Source: a virus (lineage: Duplodnaviria > Caudoviricetes). Taken from it: a DNA stretch of 52,326 nt. The DNA is taken from positions 1-52,326 of IMG/VR virus record IMGVR_UViG_3300029317_000050; one strand, written 5' to 3'. Positions 46,601-52,326 of this stretch are shown piece by piece. The notes beneath the pieces are model-generated. The model was not told the DNA's origin, ran no database searches, and saw nothing but the letters and a program-made list of their open reading frames with translations. The stretch's first letter is position 1; each line of letters starts with the position of its first letter. The position numbers and the translations under genes were made by a program.

Positions 46601-49600
46601 GGACAGAGATAAGCGGCTGCCAATTGTCGTTTCCAAAGTGACACCGGGCTACCTTGTAGAATTAGGTGTTGAGCAATTACCATTAGTTACAAACGGCTCT
46701 ATCATCGATAAGTTGTTTTATGATCATTCAATGAAACAGGATCTCATTAAGCGACTGCCTGAGTTGATATCTGAAAGCCCTGTATTTGTATTTGATTCTG
46801 ATACGCAAGAAAATTCATTGGTTATCGTTCCGGAAGAAACGGTGAACGGTAATCCATTGCTGATAATTCTCAAGAAAAACAAGAAGATTGGTCGTATTGA
46901 TGTTAATTTTGTGCCGAGCTTCTATCCGAAAAATAATGCAAAACAGTTGGATAGGTGGGCTAAGGATGGCTTGCTGAGATATTCTGATAAGAAGAAAGTC
47001 CAACCTTGGAGTACGAGAAACAAGCTACAATTGCCATATCTGGTTCGCTCCAAGGTAGGGCTTACTGATAATGTAACTCCAAGCAAGAGCCCTGTCAAAC
47101 CTAAGCATGCAGTTGAGAGCCTTGCTGAGCGACGAGTATTAAAGGCTCGCGTTAATAAAGAATACAAGAAGCATCAAGAGCAGGTCGAAACCTGGCTGGC
47201 CCCTACAACATTAAAGTGGGGAAATAATGCGCCTAAAGTTGTTGTTTATCCTACGCACCACGATATCCCAAGCGAAGTCATCGGCCTGGCTGAAGAGCAG
47301 TTTGACCCGTCCGGAACAAAAGGCTGGTACGTTCATGGCACTGTTTTCCTAGTTGCCAGCAACCTGAAGGATCGTGTTGATACACTAAAAACATTGGCTC
47401 ATGAATCTATTGGTCATTGGGGAATGACCCTGCAGGAAGAGCAAGATTATCAAGATATAGTTTCTAAGATTCATGCTTTAAAACGTACTGATTCCTACGT
47501 CAAAGGCGTAGCTGGTAGCGTGGAGCGTGACTATAACAACATCGATGAGACGACGACTGCAGAAGAGATCATTGCTCGCATTGCTGAGGACATGGTGACC
47601 GGTAACCCTACGTCTGATGCTGTAAGCAATGTTTGGAAGCGTTTGGTTGGTGCCGTTAGAAAATTCCTCAGAAAGATATTCCCTTTGCAGTTCTCTCGCC
47701 GTGATATTGAGGCGATGCTTGCTAATAGCGAAAGGGCGTTGCGATCTAGCCTGAAATCAACTCGTAAGGAAAATACCAACAAACCTTTGTTTTCTGCTGC
47801 AGAGTCCATTGAAAACGTAAGCCCTGAAATTGCTCGCAAGCGACTACAAGACGTTCTTGATGAATCAGGAGCTGGAGCATATGACAAAGTAAAAGGCTTG
47901 CTTGCTGGAAATAGCATGGTCGAAGCTGTAAAGACCGGTGCACTTAAAGCCGTTACGCTTCGCCAGCTTGGCGATCTCGCAAGCAAGATACTGCCTCAAA
48001 TTAATGTTTATGTTGATACCGTCAACAAGATGCTGACACGCCGCAATCAAATGGCGGAAAAAGCAGCAACTATAGTTGAAGGTTGGCAGAAGTGGGCAGG
48101 TAAAAACAGAAAGGTTGCTGATAAATTGCACGACTTAATGCATGAAGCAACACTTGCTCAAGTAGACCCCTCTGAAAATTATGTTGATATGACTGATCGA
48201 CTAAAGGAGCGTATTGGTGTTGTTCAAGACTTGATTCGCTCTATGTCTGGGGATACAAGCAAGCGAAAGAAAGATTTGGAAAATGAACATATTGAGCTTC
48301 GCAATGATCTTGCTTTTGAGCCACAAAGGAAAAAGCACTGGGATAAATTGCGACCTTCGTGGGATGCACTGTCACCGGAAGCGAAGGAAACCTTTATAAA
48401 GGTTCGCAATGAATACAAATATAGGCACATGAATTTCAAGCACATCCTTTTAAAGCGGGTGGCTTCTGCTGAAATAAACACTCAGCTGAAAAAAGAAATG
48501 CTGGCCAAGCTTCGTTATGACTTCGAAACTCAGGAACTTATGGGACCATATTTCCCATTGGCTCGATTTGGTCGTTATTGGGTGAGCACAACAGATGAAA
48601 AGGGCGAAAAAGTATACTTGACCTTCGAGTCTGAGGTTGAGCAAAAACGCGTCAAAGGTAACTTAGAAAAAGAAGGGTATAAAACCAAGCATGGCCAAAT
48701 GCTGGATAGCACCATGCAGCAAGATAGCGCATCACTTGGATTTGTAAACGATGTCGTGAAGATCATCGAGGGCGGGAATGTGACCGATGAAGCAAGCTTT
48801 GAAATGTCTGATGCTGTGTATCAGCTTTATCTGCAGAGTATGCCCTCACGATCAATGCGCCACAACTTCCAGCATCGAAAGGGCGTGCAAGGATATTCAA
48901 AGAATGCGATCAGGGCATTTGCCGACAACATGATGAAGGGGGCCTACCAGCTTGCAAGGCTGGAATATCAGGATGATTTGTCTGGTCAAATGGAAGAGAT
49001 GCGCGAAGAAGCGTCAAAGGCTGGCGATAACAAGAAGGGCGCTTTTTACAATGAAATGCTGAAACGTCATGAGTGGGTGATGAATCCAACCAATTCAGTG
49101 ATTGCGCAAAAGCTTACAGCGCTTGGCTTTGTTTGGATGCTGGGCGTATCTCCTGCTGCAGCAATGGTCAACTTAACACAAACTTTTGTCGTTGCCTTGC
49201 CGGTAATTGGGGCCAGATACGGCGCCCTGAAAACTGCAAAGGAAATGGTGAAAGCAAGCAAGGGCTTTAACATCATGGATGGCGCTATAAATCCAAAGCA
49301 CCTCACTCAGGGTGAAAAGGATGCGATGCAGGTCTGGAAAGACTCTGGTTTGATCGATGGAACACGAGCTCATGATCTGACCGGCATTGCAGAGCATGGA
49401 GGGTACAATTACTCAGGTGCTCAAGAGTGGGCGATGCGCAAGGTGTCTTGGTTGTTTCATCGTGCAGAACAATTCAACCGGGAAGTTACGGCATTAAGCG
49501 CCTACCGACTTGGCATTAAAAAACATGGAGAAGGGTATCATCAAAAGGCTATAGAGGAAGCTGAAAAGCTTACTTGGGAAAGCCACTTTGATTACGGCAA

Positions 49601-50603
49601 TACCAACCGAGCGCCATTCATGCAGAGCAATGCTGCAAAAGTTGCACTGCAGTTTAAGCAATACAGTCAGAATATCTCGTATTATTTGATGCGTAATTTA
49701 TCGGCAAGCCTCAATAGAGGAAACTGGACCCTGGAAGAGAGAAAGATTGCACGTCGCCAGTTGCTGGGAAGTCTTGGGGCTACGGCATTAATAGGTGGCG
49801 CAAATGCCTTGCCGTTGTGGTGGTTGTTCGGTTTAGCGAACCTTAAGTGGGATGACGAAGATGAGCCTTTTGATGCTCGTGAAGAGTTTTTTGTATATTT
49901 GGCCGAAGCTACTGGCAGCAAGGATGCTGCAGACAAGATCATGAACGGTCTGGGTGGTGCTGGTGTTTCGGGTCGTGTATCGCTTGATGGGTTATGGGTG
50001 CGAGATTCTAACCGGGATCTTGAGGGAGAAAACTTGTGGTCATTTTATGCGAAGCAAATTGCTGGTCCAACTCTGGGCGGAATACTTCCTCAATGGTTTG
50101 AGGGAGCGCGGAAGGTATCCAACGGACAATATCGCAGATCAATCGAGAACTTCACTCCCGTATTTGCAAAGAATATATCCAAGAGTTTGCGATACTATGA
50201 TGAGGGGGCGCTAAATTTAAGGGGCGATGAGCTAAAATCACGCGAAGATTTCAGCTATGCCCAGCTATTTACTCAAGGTATTGGCTTCTCTGATTCTGGT
50301 GTAATCAAGCAATACACTGAAAATTCAGCCATCAAAGGGGCTGCTGAGAAAATCAAAAAGCGTCGTCGCTGGTTGATCACTCAGTATTACATGGCATGGA
50401 AAGACGGTGATACTGCAGAGCGTAAAGGCGTACTTAAAAAGATCCGCCGTTACAATAAGCACAACCCTAGATTTCCGATTAGTGCCGGCACATTGAGCCG
50501 ATCAATGAAAACGAGAGCGCGATATAGCCGTGAATCTCTGAATGGTATCAACGTGAATAAGCGACTTAGGTATCTTGCTGACGAAAAGGATTTTGTGAAC
50601 TAA
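43602..50603 (+). CDS. Large polyvalent virion protein (InPase-like, MuF-C/PBECR-like, zincin-like, PLxRFG domains)
   Basis: PTDGQKEAGNYKKG...GADGDALDVF...FDEHKIMLG; AHESIGHWG; YFPLARFG; QFKQY. Confidence 0.85.
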   Translation: MATVDDWNKISQAPSFQGLDQGMKVQVRDRFFEKHIAPNAPQELLSEIKVKFDERTGLQPRTSNLGVQPVPDSNMLRGAVERSSGLVGNLLSTGDTISRSLEETIPLGGFAFKEGDMLPSYMNGAEFKEYSESQNIKQPLEVAGDYLKKAKVGYVPNHTWEKVKEEFSNDAFSGDAWKEVVLYATEQGVKSIPDMAASVLSLPLYVTARSGEIGEARAKNKGKDKAEMEDILEAAPAALGSALLERFGAKGITKAGSEVLGKEAIKAGFAKAAKRVAVAGGVAGGKEAATEFFQEGVVEYIGERLGTDAKMSVIEALDRGAAGAVAGGIYGGGAGTAVAATKEVIQLNKPGGYDLDEVTQESKPEPQPSEAPQAIDQQSSNLTGSNLQWTDTSNIAAQSQENLQKDYNGPGSFDPNQAGSQNGQAPAEQQWTDTSGIAPASMEDLQSNYQTPERPNIQSPSNLIPMEGELMSGALPGTPQIGYAERPDFVVNPEGEAAGQTENNVVEDIPALPFQSDSTVYADSRGGFVDRSDIDRARVEQGNEQREAFVAKQEEKQNNPGGRGFYDQIERGATQEELSEYESLFLVADEIGSKESLEIAEALEYGEITPEQAQIELDSLQQPELEQAQEDSGAVDIDALANEAATSPTNELSEPTDGQKEAGNYKKGRVVVHGMAIAIENPKGSKRSGTDPDGTAWENEIHSHYGDLTGTKGADGDALDVFVGESPESQKVWVIDQLNKDGSFDEHKIMLGFTHKAKAISGYKKNYNRGWKVGPVTAMSVNEFKAWVKDADTTKPLTDFTSKKELIKKKEKPKKKLKRDAFDPAKFSSVRAIRAEYRVNKEHTDARNKKLSMSKSDFAIETEKTGETPEVYKGILKRNNALVAPYIKEIQGYLASPEARKREDTEKARASKISFNNVPTESEVMDADFTVVDDQDKSLDSSRVESAEPKVIEETTANTEITKPKRKAGENKKDPVRFSSKSKSKPRHAYTDAVDDIIAEDRDKRLPIVVSKVTPGYLVELGVEQLPLVTNGSIIDKLFYDHSMKQDLIKRLPELISESPVFVFDSDTQENSLVIVPEETVNGNPLLIILKKNKKIGRIDVNFVPSFYPKNNAKQLDRWAKDGLLRYSDKKKVQPWSTRNKLQLPYLVRSKVGLTDNVTPSKSPVKPKHAVESLAERRVLKARVNKEYKKHQEQVETWLAPTTLKWGNNAPKVVVYPTHHDIPSEVIGLAEEQFDPSGTKGWYVHGTVFLVASNLKDRVDTLKTLAHESIGHWGMTLQEEQDYQDIVSKIHALKRTDSYVKGVAGSVERDYNNIDETTTAEEIIARIAEDMVTGNPTSDAVSNVWKRLVGAVRKFLRKIFPLQFSRRDIEAMLANSERALRSSLKSTRKENTNKPLFSAAESIENVSPEIARKRLQDVLDESGAGAYDKVKGLLAGNSMVEAVKTGALKAVTLRQLGDLASKILPQINVYVDTVNKMLTRRNQMAEKAATIVEGWQKWAGKNRKVADKLHDLMHEATLAQVDPSENYVDMTDRLKERIGVVQDLIRSMSGDTSKRKKDLENEHIELRNDLAFEPQRKKHWDKLRPSWDALSPEAKETFIKVRNEYKYRHMNFKHILLKRVASAEINTQLKKEMLAKLRYDFETQELMGPYFPLARFGRYWVSTTDEKGEKVYLTFESEVEQKRVKGNLEKEGYKTKHGQMLDSTMQQDSASLGFVNDVVKIIEGGNVTDEASFEMSDAVYQLYLQSMPSRSMRHNFQHRKGVQGYSKNAIRAFADNMMKGAYQLARLEYQDDLSGQMEEMREEASKAGDNKKGAFYNEMLKRHEWVMNPTNSVIAQKLTALGFVWMLGVSPAAAMVNLTQTFVVALPVIGARYGALKTAKEMVKASKGFNIMDGAINPKHLTQGEKDAMQVWKDSGLIDGTRAHDLTGIAEHGGYNYSGAQEWAMRKVSWLFHRAEQFNREVTALSAYRLGIKKHGEGYHQKAIEEAEKLTWESHFDYGNTNRAPFMQSNAAKVALQFKQYSQNISYYLMRNLSASLNRGNWTLEERKIARRQLLGSLGATALIGGANALPLWWLFGLANLKWDDEDEPFDAREEFFVYLAEATGSKDAADKIMNGLGGAGVSGRVSLDGLWVRDSNRDLEGENLWSFYAKQIAGPTLGGILPQWFEGARKVSNGQYRRSIENFTPVFAKNISKSLRYYDEGALNLRGDELKSREDFSYAQLFTQGIGFSDSGVIKQYTENSAIKGAAEKIKKRRRWLITQYYMAWKDGDTAERKGVLKKIRRYNKHNPRFPISAGTLSRSMKTRARYSRESLNGINVNKRLRYLADEKDFVN

Positions 50604-50841
50604 CTTGCTCATAGCCTCGTTTTTTTCGGCGCTCTGATATGGAGGTCACTACCGCAGTGGCCTCTTTTTTGTCGTGTATTGGGGTGGCGTTTGCGCCTCC
50701 GGATGATTTACCAATACCTCCCCAGACCCTCTTTACAACAAAATTACCGAACAAATCCTGTTCAATTCTAGCCTCGTAGTATCGGTTTGTACCTTTGTTT
50801 TCCCATCGAATTGTTGACCATGTTTTGACTCGGTAACGCAT
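50566..50841 (-). CDS. WGR-domain protein
   Basis: RYYEARIEQDLFG...WGGIG...RKKRGY; GAGG RBS. Confidence 0.85.
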   Translation of the reverse strand: MRYRVKTWSTIRWENKGTNRYYEARIEQDLFGNFVVKRVWGGIGKSSGGANATPIHDKKEATAVVTSISERRKKRGYEQVSSQNPFRQQDT

Positions 50842-51039
50842 AAGCACCTCTTGTTTGGAGGTTTGATTATTTGCCAGAAGACAGGTGCTTGCATCACTTA
50901 CGGTAAGGGGAGCAAGCTTATTGCGCTACAGTCAGGTGTGTGTAAAACTTAGCAAAATCAAGAAACAAGTGCTGATCAAGAAGCGAACGAAAACACAAAA
51001 GGTATATGGCTTGGTATTTTTAAGGATTTTCAGGATCTA

Positions 51040-51052
51040 TAAGTGATTGATA
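51040..51052. promoter_or_regulatory. IHF-binding site in the att arm
   Basis: TAAGTGATTGATA matches the reverse complement of WATCAANNNNTTR, next to the att core. Confidence 0.55.
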
Positions 51053-51076
51053 TTGTTGATAATAAAATAATTATCT

Positions 51077-51136
51077 AGGGACTTAAAATCCCTCGGTGGC
51101 AACACCGTGCCGGTTCGATTCCGGCTCCGGGCACCA
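51077..51136 (+). other. att core: duplicated 3' part of tRNA-Leu(UAA), not a complete tRNA
   Basis: AGGGA-CTTAAAA-TCCCT anticodon arm, long variable arm, GCCGG-TTCGATT-CCGGC T arm, CCA end; D arm and 5' acceptor strand absent. Confidence 0.9.
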
Positions 51137-51414
51137 TATCTTAGTTTTAAGATATCTCATACTGTATCAAACCCCTCTTAATGATTAAGCTCTACTTTTA
51201 CCTGTTTTGGGTCTCTTTGTGTGACTTCTTGACTCTTGCGCTTTCATATTATCATCCTCAATTTTTCTAAACGACGCGGTATTGTAAATTCCCTTTAACT
51301 TTACAAAAAGTGTAGACGCGAAATATCGGATTTTCATAATCGCCGCCTATTGTTTCAAATGGCAATGTGAAGTAACGATTGAGCGATTAGAGATTAAACA
51401 GTGAGGTTAGAGGA

Positions 51415-52326
51415 ATGGGGAGTACTTATCAGTCCTTATTTGAGAAAAGACTAGTTCACCAAGCACCTAAGTTTTTAGATACCGCGATTCAATATGAAGT
51501 GGTAATGGGTTCTATTGCCTATGGCGTGGCGACTGACTCATCGGATATGGATGTGTATGGCTTCGCTATTCCACCCCGTGATTATGTGTTTCCTCATCTT
51601 AGGGGAGAGATAGCAGGGTTTGATGAGCCAGGGGTTCGGTTTGATCAATTTCAGCAGCACCACATAATCGACAAACCAGCTATGGGTGGGAAAGGTCGAG
51701 AATATGACCTGACGGTGTATTCTATTATCAAGTACTTTCGATTATTGATGGATAATAACCCTAATATTATTGATTCATTGTTTGTGCCGCGAAACTGTGT
51801 GCTTTATTCAACACAGGTAGGTGAGATGGTTAGGGAGAATCGCCACATCTTTTTACATAAAGGGTGTTGGGCAAAGTTTAAGGGTTATGCCTATTCTCAA
51901 GTGCACAAAATGAAAACAAAGGATCCAATTGGTAAGCGTAAGGATACAATTGCTAAATATGGTTATGACGTAAAATTTGCCTATCATGTGGTGAGGCTTC
52001 TAAACGAAGTGGAGCAGATTTTAACAGAGAAGGATTTAGATTTACTTAGAAACAAAGAGCAGTTAAAAGCTATTCGACGTGGTGATTGGAGTCAGGAGCA
52101 GGTCGAAGAGTATTTCGTTTCTAAAGAAAGGGAGCTTGAAACCTTGTACTCAAAAAGTACGCTACCGGCTAAACCTGATAAAGATAAGATCAAAACGTTG
52201 TTGTTGGAATGTCTTGAGCATGCATACGGTAGTTTGGAAAAATGTGTTGTCGTAGAAGATGAGGCGGTAAGGGCATTGGGACAAATACAAACAATACTGG
52301 ATAGTGTGCAAAATATAAAATACTAG
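51415..52326 (+). CDS. Host nucleotidyltransferase (Pol-beta superfamily)
   Basis: GSIAYG...SDMDVYG, NNPNIIDSLF, YDVKFAYHVVRLL; outside the att site. Confidence 0.9.
   Translation: MGSTYQSLFEKRLVHQAPKFLDTAIQYEVVMGSIAYGVATDSSDMDVYGFAIPPRDYVFPHLRGEIAGFDEPGVRFDQFQQHHIIDKPAMGGKGREYDLTVYSIIKYFRLLMDNNPNIIDSLFVPRNCVLYSTQVGEMVRENRHIFLHKGCWAKFKGYAYSQVHKMKTKDPIGKRKDTIAKYGYDVKFAYHVVRLLNEVEQILTEKDLDLLRNKEQLKAIRRGDWSQEQVEEYFVSKERELETLYSKSTLPAKPDKDKIKTLLLECLEHAYGSLEKCVVVEDEAVRALGQIQTILDSVQNIKY

Larger units (their letters stand above)
1..51136. mobile_element. Temperate prophage (podovirus-like morphogenesis, lambdoid early region), left end outside the window
   Basis: Contiguous recombination, switch, replication, lysis, packaging, capsid, tail and ejection genes; no tape measure or sheath gene; ends at a tRNA 3' fragment. 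Confidence 0.95.

Noticed and set aside
43953-50214. Many short antisense or alternate-frame ORFs inside the giant gene and other long genes
   Set aside because: Shadow ORFs without recognisable motifs
51077-51136. Functional tRNA-Leu gene
   Set aside because: The 5' acceptor strand and D arm are missing (upstream sequence is AT-rich); it is an att duplication
51415-52326. Nucleotidyltransferase as prophage cargo or a toxin-antitoxin component
   Set aside because: Lies outside the att core and no partner is visible in the window; treated as flanking host or island DNA

Overview
Positions 1 to ~51136 are most of a temperate, podovirus-like prophage of a gammaproteobacterium. Its right end is marked by a duplicated 3' half of tRNA-Leu(UAA) (att core, 51077-51136), followed by one host gene (a nucleotidyltransferase). 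The integrase and the intact tRNA should lie left of the window. The layout is lambdoid: a leftward early operon (RecE/RecT/SSB), a cI/cro/cII-like switch with seven TAGCAA-N4-TTGCTA-type operators, replication initiator plus DnaC-like loader, a nin-like region (VRR-NUC, RdgC, a probable anti-defence sponge), lysis, terminase, portal, scaffold, capsid, adaptors, an Ig/cadherin-rich virion protein, tail, ejection proteins and a 2333-aa polyvalent protein. The most unusual element is a ~6.3 kb module between the OL-like operators and the repressor (the lambda rexAB position). It encodes a TonB-dependent receptor, a periplasmic binding-like protein, a histidine-less sensor kinase, an exported lactonase-like hydrolase and an HTH regulator. 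The regulator is divergent from a 60-aa ORF whose promoter is preceded by an 11-bp-phased repeat array. Because the repressor lacks an autocleavage domain, this may be a signal-responsive lysis/lysogeny or host-manipulation system (inference). A 25-bp late-promoter-like motif occurs four times, and three copies overlap RBS-sequestering hairpins. All product calls come from motif recognition by eye; no database searches were run.
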